Positions 1 to 9,550 of a stretch of 64,000 nucleotides of DNA are shown here, in pieces. The notes under the pieces are model-generated. The model made no database searches. It was not told the DNA's origin and saw nothing but the letters and a program-made list of their open reading frames with translations. Within the stretch, counting starts at the first letter, position 1. Every line of letters starts with the position of its first letter. This DNA comes from Synechococcales cyanobacterium VAR_4_metabat_354 (GTDB taxonomy: Bacteria > Cyanobacteriota > Cyanobacteriia > Cyanobacteriales > Chamaesiphonaceae), in the NCBI GenBank assembly GCA_031414775.1, contig JANOQI010000062.1, positions 64,001-128,000 on the forward strand. The letters run 5' to 3'. Both the position numbers and the translations under genes were made by a program.

Positions 1-9
1 TGGCCATGA

Positions 10-567
10 TTACCAGCCTAGTCTACTTTTAGCAATCGTCCGAATCGGTTTATCACTCCCTTTGGCGGCCAATGTTTCTAATTGTTTGCGAGAGATGCTG
101 GTAGCGTTGGCCAATTCCCGCTCGATGATACTGTCTTTTCTCGCCAAGATTTCGGTGAATGCCGCATCCGAGATGCTCTTTTCTTGCATGGCCGCCCGCA
201 TCCGATTTTGCCAGATGATGTTCTGGGCGGTGTAGTTGGCGAATGCCGAATGCTTGGTAAGCTGGCTATATTGTTCGGCGGTGAGCGAGGGGCAAGATAG
301 TAGGTTGTTTAAGGCCGTCTTGGCCATAGCCTGGTCTTCATCGATCAAACATAGTTCAATATACTGCTCTAGCTGTTCGTCAGTAAAGTTTTCCTGTTCA
401 ACCAAAATAATTTGAAAGGCTTCGTAGCGGTGGTGTTCGGGGCTGAGCCAGAAGGAGTCTTGGCCGCTGTGAAATTTCTGAATTTGATCTTCAAAAAAGC
501 TAGCGGGCAGTAACCAATAGTCAAACCAAGGGGCGGGAAAGCGCAGTTGATCGATCGCATCTTGCAT
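10..567 (-). CDS. hypothetical helical protein
   Basis: Long ORF; ATG at 567 preferred over TTG at 585; helical-repeat-like C-terminus; no family recognised. Confidence 0.65.
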   Translation of the reverse strand: MQDAIDQLRFPAPWFDYWLLPASFFEDQIQKFHSGQDSFWLSPEHHRYEAFQIILVEQENFTDEQLEQYIELCLIDEDQAMAKTALNNLLSCPSLTAEQYSQLTKHSAFANYTAQNIIWQNRMRAAMQEKSISDAAFTEILARKDSIIERELANATSISRKQLETLAAKGSDKPIRTIAKSRLGW

Positions 568-681
568 ATTAAATTTAAGCGCCAAAAAGTTCTTTCCCTG
601 ATTCTCGCAGATTCAGGATCGATTCTTATTCGGCGAGGCTCGATCAACGCCAGTAGATCGTTTTACTCACACCACCACCAA

Positions 682-852
682 TCATTTTTTAGGATGTGAC
701 TTCAACACCGCCAAGAATTGCTTTTGATACTTGTGCCAAAGACCAACTAAACTCCTCAAACAAAAACGATAACTACTTACTGGTAATCTTTCTTCCTGGA
801 CTGGTGCAGGGCTAATCCATTCATCATAGAGATCTTTCATCTCGCAATCCAT
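682..852 (-). CDS. putative small protein (56 aa), not in ORF track
   Basis: Hand-translated MDCEMKDLYDEWISPAPVQEERLPVSSYRFCLRSLVGLWHKYQKQFLAVLKSHPKK*; fills an otherwise empty gap. Confidence 0.4.
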   Translation of the reverse strand: MDCEMKDLYDEWISPAPVQEERLPVSSYRFCLRSLVGLWHKYQKQFLAVLKSHPKK

Positions 853-1089
853 AGTTGTTTACATAGTTGAGTCTTCACGAGCTATTACTGCAACAGGCCA
901 AAGCATAGTTAATATCTGGCAATTTCGCAGTTAATTAAGCATAAAAAACACCCCACTTTGCATCAAAACAAAGAGTGAATTCCATACCCTATTTCAAAAT
1001 CAATTATGTCTATAGATTACTAATCACCACCGTGATCAAAATACACGGTGCAGATCTAAATAATCCAATAGGTTTGATTGGTCTTATGC

Positions 1090-1992
1090 TTAGATTACCC
1101 ACTGGCCAGTCGCAACTAACTGCACCTTCCCCCCCACCGATACCCCAATCTCTCCATCTTGCCGCGGCGATTCTCTCAAAGAGATACTTCGTGAGCGAAC
1201 ATACAACAACGACGGTCGATCGATCTCGTAGCCTTGCTCCACTTGCCAATCAAAAACAGTTTGCCCCTGATAACCATATTGCACCAGATAAGCCGCCAGA
1301 CAGCCGTTGGCACTCCCCGTCGCGGGATCTTCCGGAATCCCTAAGGCATGGGTGAAGACGCGCACATGTAAGTCATTTTCAGCCTGGAGAGTTTCTGGGC
1401 AAAAGATCAAAATAGATTGAGCCGGTAATTGATTGATCAATTGATAGTAGCTAGTTAACTCCAGTTGAGCTTTTTGGACGGCAGCTAAAGTTTTCAACGG
1501 CACAATAATGAACGGCAGACCAGTGGAAACTTGGCTAATGGGATAATCAGCGATATCCGCCGGGTCAATATTCAGCACGGGAGCGAGTTGTTCTTTGGTT
1601 AACTCTCCTAAAAATTTTGGAGTTTTTTGCTGCATCCACAAAACTTCTGGTTGATTATCAACATAATTAAAAGTTACAGGAATCTTGCCCGCCGTATATT
1701 CCAGCGTGACCATAGGCAGGTTTTGCTGAGCGACATATTGTTGAATTACCCAAGCCGTACCTAGGGTCGGATGACCAGCAAAGGGTAGCTCTACCTGTGG
1801 CGTAAAAATTTTAACGGGGTAGTCTGGGCCAGCCCCAGTAATAAAAGTACTTTCCGAAAAATTGATTTCTTTGGCGATCTGCTGCATTTGAGGAAAGCTT
1901 AGCTGATCGGCATTCAAAAAAACGGCTAGTTGGTTGCCAGTGTATTGACCAATCGCAAAAACATCCACAATGTAAAAATCCAAACTAGCCAT
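1090..1992 (-). CDS. PhzF family (DAP-epimerase fold) isomerase
   Basis: VDVF..GNQLAV, NFSESTF, IFTP..ELPFAGHPTLG, EDPATGSANG motifs. Confidence 0.92.
   Translation of the reverse strand: MASLDFYIVDVFAIGQYTGNQLAVFLNADQLSFPQMQQIAKEINFSESTFITGAGPDYPVKIFTPQVELPFAGHPTLGTAWVIQQYVAQQNLPMVTLEYTAGKIPVTFNYVDNQPEVLWMQQKTPKFLGELTKEQLAPVLNIDPADIADYPISQVSTGLPFIIVPLKTLAAVQKAQLELTSYYQLINQLPAQSILIFCPETLQAENDLHVRVFTHALGIPEDPATGSANGCLAAYLVQYGYQGQTVFDWQVEQGYEIDRPSLLYVRSRSISLRESPRQDGEIGVSVGGKVQLVATGQWVI
1172..1189. repeat. 18-nt in-frame micro-insertion in a HIP1 core (SDR-like)
   Basis: GCGAT|TCTCTCAAAGAGATACTT|CG; removal restores GCGATCG and keeps the frame. Confidence 0.6.
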
Positions 1993-2198
1993 TCAAACCC
2001 CCAATTGGTAACGCAATAAAAATTTATATGGGTACTTACTAACATCAGCGGCATATTTTCCCCACCAGCGCCACCGCGCAAACCATACCACGGTAACAGA
2101 GTGACCGCCGTATCTTAAAATTTGGGACATTACCGTCTAGATATTTTAGGCGGCAAAGCAATTACGCCAATCAATATATTTAAGTGGGGAGAGTTTTC

Positions 2199-3635
2199 AT
2201 GACCATGCAACTCCAAAAGCCAATACTGATCGGTGGCTTGGCTCTATCGGCAGGATTATGGGGGCTAGATAGCCTTCAACATGTGTTAACCAATGCTGGC
2301 GATACCCTGATTTTGGGTACGATGGCTGCGGGTGGTGGTTATTGGTGGTGGTCAAAACAGCGTGGCCAGATCAAAGCAACGCCCAAATCGGTAGTCATTA
2401 ACTCCGAAACTCTCCAACATTTAACGGCGCAAGTAAATATTATTATCGATCGATTGAGCAGCGAAGGGGCAAAATCAGAGGCAATCAAGCAGTTACAGCA
2501 GCAGCTCCGCCATGCTACTAGTCAAACTGACCGACAGTCTTACCAAGTAGCCGTTACCGGCAAAGCCCGCGTCGGAAAAACTACCCTCATCCAAGAATTG
2601 CAAACTCCAACCGGAGAGCAATCGATCGAACTGCTAGAAACTCCGGCACTATTTAGCACTGTAGAAAACATTGATGATGTTTTGACGCAACAACTAGCCA
2701 GCCAAGCTGATTTGGTCATTTTTATCACCAATGAAGATTTGACGGCGACTGAATACAATTACCTAGCACAGCTCAGTCGGCAACAACGGCTGTTATTAGT
2801 TTTCAACAAACAAGATCAGTATTTGCCAGTCGATCGAGAAGCCATCCAGCAAAAAATTAAATCCACCGTCGCCAGCTTGGTCAGTGCCGATAACGTCGTC
2901 GCCATCAGTACCCGACCCCGACCCATTAAAGTCCGCAAAATTCAGGCCGATGGCAGTATATTGGAGTCGATCGAACAGCCCCCGGTCGAGTTGCAAGCTC
3001 TCACCCAGAAATTGCAGCAAGTTTTGACCACCGAAGGTGCCCAATTGATTCTGGCTACTACCTATCGTCAGATCGATCGAGTCAAAACCCAAGGAAAGTT
3101 GCAACTCAATATCCTGCGTCGCCAAAAAGCCCTACCGATCATTGAACAAAATCAATGGATTGTGGGCGCAGCTGCTTTTGCGAACCCTTTGCCCGCATTG
3201 GATCTATTGGCCACGGCGGCGATTAGTACCCAAATGATTGTGGATTTGAGTGGCATTTACCAGCAAAAATTCTCCCTAGAGCAAGCCCAAGAAGTGGTTA
3301 GTAATTTAGGTGGTTTACTTCTCAAACTAGGACTTGTCGAACTATCGACCCAAGCGATCGGCAGCATCCTCAAAACCAACGCCGTCACTTTTGTGGCTGG
3401 TGGTCTAATTCAAGGCATGAGTGCGGCTTACCTCACCCGCATTGTCGGTCTCACTTTGGTGGAGTACTTTGCTAGCCAAGACGTAATTGTGCCCCAAGAG
3501 CAACCTGCTTGGCATCTCGATCGGTTTACAGCCATCCTTTCCCAAGTATTTCAGGCTAACCAGCGCCTCACAGTTCTCCAAGATTTTGTTCAACAGGGAC
3601 TGCAACGCTTCATACCAGAAGCGGAAATTGTCTAG
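2199..3635 (+). CDS. YcjF/DUF697 family protein with GTPase-like domain
   Basis: N-terminal TM segments, GKARVGKTT P-loop, NKQD G4, C-terminal ANPLPALDLLA..QMI DUF697 region. Confidence 0.8.
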   Translation: MTMQLQKPILIGGLALSAGLWGLDSLQHVLTNAGDTLILGTMAAGGGYWWWSKQRGQIKATPKSVVINSETLQHLTAQVNIIIDRLSSEGAKSEAIKQLQQQLRHATSQTDRQSYQVAVTGKARVGKTTLIQELQTPTGEQSIELLETPALFSTVENIDDVLTQQLASQADLVIFITNEDLTATEYNYLAQLSRQQRLLLVFNKQDQYLPVDREAIQQKIKSTVASLVSADNVVAISTRPRPIKVRKIQADGSILESIEQPPVELQALTQKLQQVLTTEGAQLILATTYRQIDRVKTQGKLQLNILRRQKALPIIEQNQWIVGAAAFANPLPALDLLATAAISTQMIVDLSGIYQQKFSLEQAQEVVSNLGGLLLKLGLVELSTQAIGSILKTNAVTFVAGGLIQGMSAAYLTRIVGLTLVEYFASQDVIVPQEQPAWHLDRFTAILSQVFQANQRLTVLQDFVQQGLQRFIPEAEIV

Positions 3636-3762
3636 TATCAGCATCGTTAAAAAATGCTAAGATTCAGTCATATTCCAGACAATTTCGCCTAAGCAAGGCT
3701 CCCGCTGACTCTATTGTTTTGAGAGATCGGCAAACTTCAATTTGAACTTTTACCTGCTGACC

Positions 3763-6555
3763 ATGCTGAAAAATCTCCTGGGCGATCCCAACGTTCGTAA
3801 ACTTAAAAAATTCCAACCGCTGGTCACTGAGATTACTTTGCGGGAAGAAGAATTAGCCCAGTTGAGTGACGAGGAGTTAAAAGCCAAGACCAAAGATTTC
3901 CAGCTGATCCTCGAAAAAGCCAATAACGATGAAGAAGAAAAAGAACTTTTAGACGAGATTCTACCCGAGGCCTTTGCCGTCGTGCGCGAAGCGGGCAAGC
4001 GGGTGTTGGGAATGCGTCACTTTGACGTCCAAATGCTGGGCGGTATGGTACTCCATGCTGGTCAAATCGCCGAGATGAAAACCGGTGAAGGGAAAACATT
4101 GGTGGCTACTTTGCCATCTTATCTAAATGCGCTCAGTGGTAAGGGCGTGCATGTGATCACCGTCAACGACTATCTGGCGCGGCGGGATGCGGAATGGATG
4201 GGACAAATTCATCGCTTCTTAGGATTGTCGGTGGGTCTGATCCAGTCGGGAATGGGTCCGGCGGAAAGACAAAAAAATTATCGCTGTGACATTACCTATG
4301 CCACCAACAGTGAGCTGGGTTTTGACTATTTGCGCGACAACATGTCTACTTCGATCACCGAGGTAGTACAGCGGGTCTTTAATTACTGTGTGATTGATGA
4401 AGTCGATTCGATCTTAATTGATGAAGCCAGAACGCCATTAATTATTTCTGGTCAGGTAGAAAGACCTACCGAAAAGTACGTAAAAGCCACCGAAATTGCC
4501 AAGAGACTGCACAAGGATACTCACTACGAAGTAGAAGAGAAAGCCAAAAATGCGCTAATGACCGAGGAAGGCTTCGCCGAAGCGGAGCGGCTGCTGGGGG
4601 TAAATGATCTCTACAACGAAGATGATCCTTGGGCACACTACATTTTCAATGCCATTAAAGCCAAAGAGCTATATACCAACGATGTTAATTACATTGTGCG
4701 GCATGATGAAATTGTAATTGTCGATGAATTTACGGGTCGGATCCTGTCTGGCAGACGCTGGAGTGACGGTTTGCATCAGGCGATCGAAGCAAAAGAAGGC
4801 GTAGAAATTCAGAACGAAACCCAGACGCTGGCGACAATTACCTATCAAAACTTTTTCCTGCTCTATCCGAAGCTCAGTGGGATGACTGGTACGGCTAAAA
4901 CAGAAGAAGTGGAACTAGAAAAAACCTACAAAATCCAGGTTACAGTGATGCCCACCAACCGGGTGCGGCAGCGAATTGACTATGCCGATGTGGTGTTCAA
5001 AACCGAAATGGGTAAATGGAAAGCGGTGGCCATGGAGTGCAAAGACTACCATGAGAGCGGACGACCAGTGTTGGTGGGCACCACCAGCATCGAAAAATCG
5101 CAGTTCATTGCTCAATTTCTTCAAGAAATGCAAATTCCTTTTAACCTGCTCAACGCCAAACCAGAGAACGTCGAACGGGAATCAGAAATCGTGGCTCAGG
5201 CTGGTCGGAAGGGAGCAGTAACAATCGCCACCAACATGGCCGGTCGCGGCACCGATATTATCTTGGGTGGCAACTCCGACTATATGGCACGGTTGAAGAT
5301 TCGGGAGTATTTAATGCCCAGACTGGTGATGCCTGACGATGACGATCAGTTTTCGCCGCGCCAGGTACCAGGAGCCGAGCCAGTCAATGCGGCCTCTGGT
5401 CAAGGTTTTGGAGCACCTACTAAAAAGAAAAAGAACTGGAAGGCGGCGGCGGAGATTTTTCCCACAAATTTATCGGTAGCCACTGAGAAGCAAGTGAAAG
5501 CAGCCGCTGCTTTTGCCGTGCAACACTATGGGGAAGCCAGTTTGTCAGAGCTAGATGCGGAGGAAGTAATCGCCGTGGCCTGTGAAAAAGCGCCTACCGA
5601 TAACCCGGCTATTCAAAAATTGCGCGATGCTTACCGAGCCATCCGCAAAGAATATGATCCGCTCACCGATCGCGAGCATGAAGAAGTCCTCAGCCAGGGC
5701 GGCTTACATGTAGTTGGTACCGAACGTCACGAATCACGGCGAGTGGATAACCAGTTGCGCGGTCGGGCTGGTCGTCAAGGAGATAAAGGTTCGACCCGCT
5801 TCTTTTTGAGTCTAGAAGACAATTTAATGCGGATCTTCGGTGGCGACAAAGTGGGTAAGATGATGGACATGTTCCAAGTAGAAGAGGACATGCCGATCGA
5901 ATCCAAAATGCTGACTAATAGCCTAGAAGGGGCACAGAAAAAAGTCGAAACCTACTACTACGACATGCGCAAGCAGGTCTTTGAGTACGACGATGTGATG
6001 AACAATCAACGGCGAGCCATCTACGCCGAGCGCCGTCGGGTGCTAGAAGGCCAAGATCTAAAAGAACAAGTCGTCGTATATGCCGAAAAAACGATGCAAG
6101 ACATCATTGATGTGAACATCGACCCTGATCTGCCGCCAGAAGAGTGGAAGCTAGAAGCATTAGTCAGCAAAGCCCGTGAATTTGTCACCACCTTTGCAGA
6201 CTTTAGTCATCTCCAGTTAGAGGACATGACCTATCCAGAAATCAAATCTTTTATGTATGAAGAGGTGCGCAAAGCCTACGACATTCAAGAAGGGATTATC
6301 GATAAGGTGCAGCCCGGTCTAATGCGTCAAGCCGAGCGGTTTTTTATCTTGCAGCAAATCGACAATCTCTGGCGAGAACACCTGCAAGCCATGGATTCAC
6401 TTCGGGAATCGGTAGGACTACGCGGTTATGCCCAGAAAGACCCGCTGATTGAATATAAGCAAGAAGGCTATGAGATGTTCTTGGAAATGATGTCCGATAT
6501 TCGACGCAACGTGGTTTATTCGATGTTCCAGTTCTCGCCTAGTGCTGAGGGTTAG
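3763..6555 (+). CDS. secA: preprotein translocase ATPase SecA
   Basis: [59 protein letters not shown]. Confidence 0.99.
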   Translation: MLKNLLGDPNVRKLKKFQPLVTEITLREEELAQLSDEELKAKTKDFQLILEKANNDEEEKELLDEILPEAFAVVREAGKRVLGMRHFDVQMLGGMVLHAGQIAEMKTGEGKTLVATLPSYLNALSGKGVHVITVNDYLARRDAEWMGQIHRFLGLSVGLIQSGMGPAERQKNYRCDITYATNSELGFDYLRDNMSTSITEVVQRVFNYCVIDEVDSILIDEARTPLIISGQVERPTEKYVKATEIAKRLHKDTHYEVEEKAKNALMTEEGFAEAERLLGVNDLYNEDDPWAHYIFNAIKAKELYTNDVNYIVRHDEIVIVDEFTGRILSGRRWSDGLHQAIEAKEGVEIQNETQTLATITYQNFFLLYPKLSGMTGTAKTEEVELEKTYKIQVTVMPTNRVRQRIDYADVVFKTEMGKWKAVAMECKDYHESGRPVLVGTTSIEKSQFIAQFLQEMQIPFNLLNAKPENVERESEIVAQAGRKGAVTIATNMAGRGTDIILGGNSDYMARLKIREYLMPRLVMPDDDDQFSPRQVPGAEPVNAASGQGFGAPTKKKKNWKAAAEIFPTNLSVATEKQVKAAAAFAVQHYGEASLSELDAEEVIAVACEKAPTDNPAIQKLRDAYRAIRKEYDPLTDREHEEVLSQGGLHVVGTERHESRRVDNQLRGRAGRQGDKGSTRFFLSLEDNLMRIFGGDKVGKMMDMFQVEEDMPIESKMLTNSLEGAQKKVETYYYDMRKQVFEYDDVMNNQRRAIYAERRRVLEGQDLKEQVVVYAEKTMQDIIDVNIDPDLPPEEWKLEALVSKAREFVTTFADFSHLQLEDMTYPEIKSFMYEEVRKAYDIQEGIIDKVQPGLMRQAERFFILQQIDNLWREHLQAMDSLRESVGLRGYAQKDPLIEYKQEGYEMFLEMMSDIRRNVVYSMFQFSPSAEG

Positions 6556-6558
6556 TCT

Positions 6559-6933
6559 ATGAGAAAAATCATAACTGCGGCGGCGGCGGTACTTATAAGC
6601 GGCGGGCTGGCGATGCCCGCGCTGGCCGATCAATGTCAATTGGTGGGTAAGTCGCAAGCATTGGCGGCTCTGAATTATCTATCGATCGGTCAGACCATTT
6701 ACAATTTTTGTGAGCTATGTGGCGACAAAACTCCCCAGCCGATCCAGATTAATAAAATTGCGGTCACCAGTGGGGAAGATGGCAAATTATGGCAAGTGGC
6801 AGTTAATAACAAAAATATCGATTTGGCTTACACCTATATTCGGTATGAACCAAAATATCAGGTCAGCTTAGCAGTGATTACGAAATGTCCGACCCAGGGC
6901 GTAACCCCGGTAATGAAAATTAAAGCCAAATAG
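6559..6933 (+). CDS. hypothetical secreted Cys-containing protein
   Basis: Signal peptide ending PALA-D; four Cys including CELC; starts 3 nt after the secA stop. Confidence 0.75.
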   Translation: MRKIITAAAAVLISGGLAMPALADQCQLVGKSQALAALNYLSIGQTIYNFCELCGDKTPQPIQINKIAVTSGEDGKLWQVAVNNKNIDLAYTYIRYEPKYQVSLAVITKCPTQGVTPVMKIKAK

Positions 6934-6944
6934 TCGGTAAGCAG

Positions 6945-6982
6945 CTGCGCTCAACCCATTGAAATACAAGGTTTGAGCGCAG
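6945..6982. terminator. hairpin between convergent genes
   Basis: CTGCGCTCAA...TTGAGCGCAG 10-bp inverted repeat. Confidence 0.55.
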
Positions 6983-7011
6983 ATAAAAGTAAACCCTTAT
7001 TATCTATTAGC

Positions 7012-8790
7012 CTAATTTTCTAAGAGTTTCCCTGCAATCTGTTCGACATCAATGCTGATGGAGCCAGATTTAGGTTCACTTACTGTATAAACAACTGTCA
7101 CATTGAGGTCTTCAGTACTTACAATTTCCAAAAAACCAATAGTCAAAGGCATTGGAGCCGAAGGCGGTGCACCAAATAATAACTCACCAATGCGGTAACA
7201 ATCATCCATGGTCGCTGTGTTCGGTGGTAGAACCATCTGATCACGCACTTTACGTTCTACAAATTTAGGTTCACGTCCACTTGGTGCACCAGCAAATACG
7301 ACTGGAAGTAAGTATTTTTCAATTTTCACTTCTTTGTTTTGGTAATTGTGGATGTTGATTTCGGTTGCATATGCGCCTGGTCTCACTACGGATTCATCAC
7401 ATTTACACTCTTCTTGCACGCCACAGACAAATTTGACGCTGTAGCTGCGTTTACAAGCAGGAATGGTGATTTTGACCTGCTTGCTGACAACAACCACACC
7501 ATCTGCAACCGCATCAATCGTCCCCGTGAAAACTTGTGGCTTTTCGCTACAGGGTATAACTCCCGTAAAAACCACATCGAACGGGAGGACATGCTCTACA
7601 TCGCTAGCTAGAGGACCATACCCACCCAGAGGCGAAATGAAAGTAACAAATGGCACTGTTCCACCGGTTGGTAATAACTTTAGGTTATTGATGGTGCTAA
7701 TCGCATTGGCAATCAGCTTGATAATCGTATCCACAATACTGGTGGCATCAATCCCAGAAATAAAGGTACCATTGGGCGTTGCCGTAGCAATCCTTGTGCC
7801 TTGACCAGATGTTCCGCCAATACTACAAAAAGCAGCATAATCATTCGCACTAGTGATGGGATCATCGTCCAATCCATTGGGGAAACCCGTTACTGTACTA
7901 ATTGCCAACACCGTAATTTTTTCAGTAACTAACTTATTAGTCACCGAGGCTTCGGTAATGTCAGCAGCTAAGCCAGAGATGGCGGTGCAAATTGGATCAT
8001 GTCCCGGTGCATCGCCAAACCAAACAATGATGCGCTTAGAACCAGTCCGCCAACCGATTGAACCGCCAGGCGGCTCGGCAATTTGATCTAGAGCAAAGAG
8101 TTGTCCTTCAGAGCCATCAGAGCCATCTGCGGCTACCCATGTATTGATAGCGTTGGTAACATCAACTGCATTGGTAGTCAGATTGAGTTGATGCTGAAAT
8201 GCGTAGGGATTGGAGGTGGGAATCGGAAAGTCTTTATAGTTCCCCACACCAAAGGCCAGGTCAAGTCCTAGTCCATTCAGTGCAGTTAAAATTGCATTTG
8301 CACCTGTTTGTACAGATGCCAGTATACTCCCCATACTGCCTGTTGTATCAGCCAAAAAGTAAACATCGGCTTTGGAAACACCAACAGATTTAGGTACAGT
8401 GACGGTAATAACTTCACCTAAAGTATCATCTAAGTTAAGCACTAAGTCATTAACTGTTGGATCGATCGTGATTGCTCCAACTGCTGTAGCCAAAGCACTC
8501 ATATCAACTTTTATCTCGGGGACAGCAAAAAATCCTTTACCTTCCCTTTTGCTTATACCCGCCAAATCTGAAACTTCTCCAGTTTCATCTAAAACTACAA
8601 CATAATGTGAACCATTTGGCTCCTCTTGTTGTACAGCTTGAAACTTAAAGAGTTTTGTACCAGTAGATGGTACTAGATCTTCAGTCACATTAATGATTGT
8701 TAAGTTATCTACAGCATTGCGCTCTGAGAGAATTTGTAATGCTCTCGCTGCCAGCGAATTTGGGACACGTTCTAAAGGTGATCTTGACAT
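7012..8790 (-). CDS. vWA-domain protein with integrin-beta-like headpiece and C-terminal Cys-containing beta domain
   Basis: DVYFLADTTGSM MIDAS-like motif, FGVGNYKD, FQHQLNLT, DGSEG, IGWR, IIVWFGDA; C-terminal YSVKFVCG...YATEINIHN. Confidence 0.85.
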   Translation of the reverse strand: MSRSPLERVPNSLAARALQILSERNAVDNLTIINVTEDLVPSTGTKLFKFQAVQQEEPNGSHYVVVLDETGEVSDLAGISKREGKGFFAVPEIKVDMSALATAVGAITIDPTVNDLVLNLDDTLGEVITVTVPKSVGVSKADVYFLADTTGSMGSILASVQTGANAILTALNGLGLDLAFGVGNYKDFPIPTSNPYAFQHQLNLTTNAVDVTNAINTWVAADGSDGSEGQLFALDQIAEPPGGSIGWRTGSKRIIVWFGDAPGHDPICTAISGLAADITEASVTNKLVTEKITVLAISTVTGFPNGLDDDPITSANDYAAFCSIGGTSGQGTRIATATPNGTFISGIDATSIVDTIIKLIANAISTINNLKLLPTGGTVPFVTFISPLGGYGPLASDVEHVLPFDVVFTGVIPCSEKPQVFTGTIDAVADGVVVVSKQVKITIPACKRSYSVKFVCGVQEECKCDESVVRPGAYATEINIHNYQNKEVKIEKYLLPVVFAGAPSGREPKFVERKVRDQMVLPPNTATMDDCYRIGELLFGAPPSAPMPLTIGFLEIVSTEDLNVTVVYTVSEPKSGSISIDVEQIAGKLLEN

Positions 8791-9330
8791 GAGTTTAAAC
8801 TTCTTTTCTTATATGTATTTAGATTTCGTTTGTATTTGGATAAATTCATTTGAGCAAGTATAGTAAACCTAAATCAGTACCTAAATCAAATCGTCTCTGG
8901 AACCTCTATATAGAGAATTTTCCTTCTTGTGAAAGTATCCTGATACCATTCTTTGCACAACACTTCTAACCTTATCCAGTCAACTTTATTATTGTGCTTT
9001 TTCCTACATATTGGAATAGCTTTTATGAAAAAAAAAGACAAAATTATCTCATTTGTTAGCAATGATATTTTACTGTGGAATATCATTGCTTACCAGATGG
9101 TAAAACGTTGCTGCATAACCTCCACAGCTTTAATTAGTTACTTAAATGCAGTTAAGCTTTTGACTATCTAGAGTTAATTTAGAGCTTAATATAGTCCATA
9201 ATTGTATATGTTATGTCTTTTATATTATTAATCTCGCACATTAAAACAACATAAAGTCTCTAAATTTTTCTACTTAATCCTGAGCGATCGCCAGAATAAA
9301 AATATCATTTTTCACGCGATGTGCAATTAT

Positions 9331-9443
9331 TCTTGAATTAACGCTGTGAATCAGTTAGAGCCGCTCGAAATCTGAACTGTCAAATCGTTCGGTACGAGAA
9401 ATTCAGGGTTTCAGACTTTTAGTCGCACATAGCGTAATTGAGA
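9331..9443. repeat. degenerate palindromic (MITE-like) element
   Basis: Imperfect terminal IR AATTAACGCTGTG / CACATAGCGTAATT; inner IR GAAATCTGAA / TTCAGGGTTTC. Confidence 0.35.
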
Positions 9444-9550
9444 TATTTGAGATGGCTGAAATGACTTCAATTATCGTGAAGTTGCTCTTGATGAATTAGG
9501 TAGATTATGATGGGCATCACATCTCAAAACCCCAGTTGATGGTAACCAAC

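Noticed and set aside
975..1355. Plus-strand 126-aa ORF and the many other antisense or alternate-frame ORFs inside long genes
   Set aside because: Shadow ORFs of well-supported genes with no protein-like motifs
1992..2130. 45-codon minus-strand ORF upstream of phzF
   Set aside because: No RBS or recognisable features; lies in a divergent promoter region
5330..5640. Large insertion in SecA relative to E. coli
   Set aside because: Typical cyanobacterial/plastid SecA insertion; no intein motifs
8886..9171. Short ORFs on both strands upstream of the integrin-like gene
   Set aside because: AT-rich, TTG-type starts, no recognisable motifs; more likely promoter DNA
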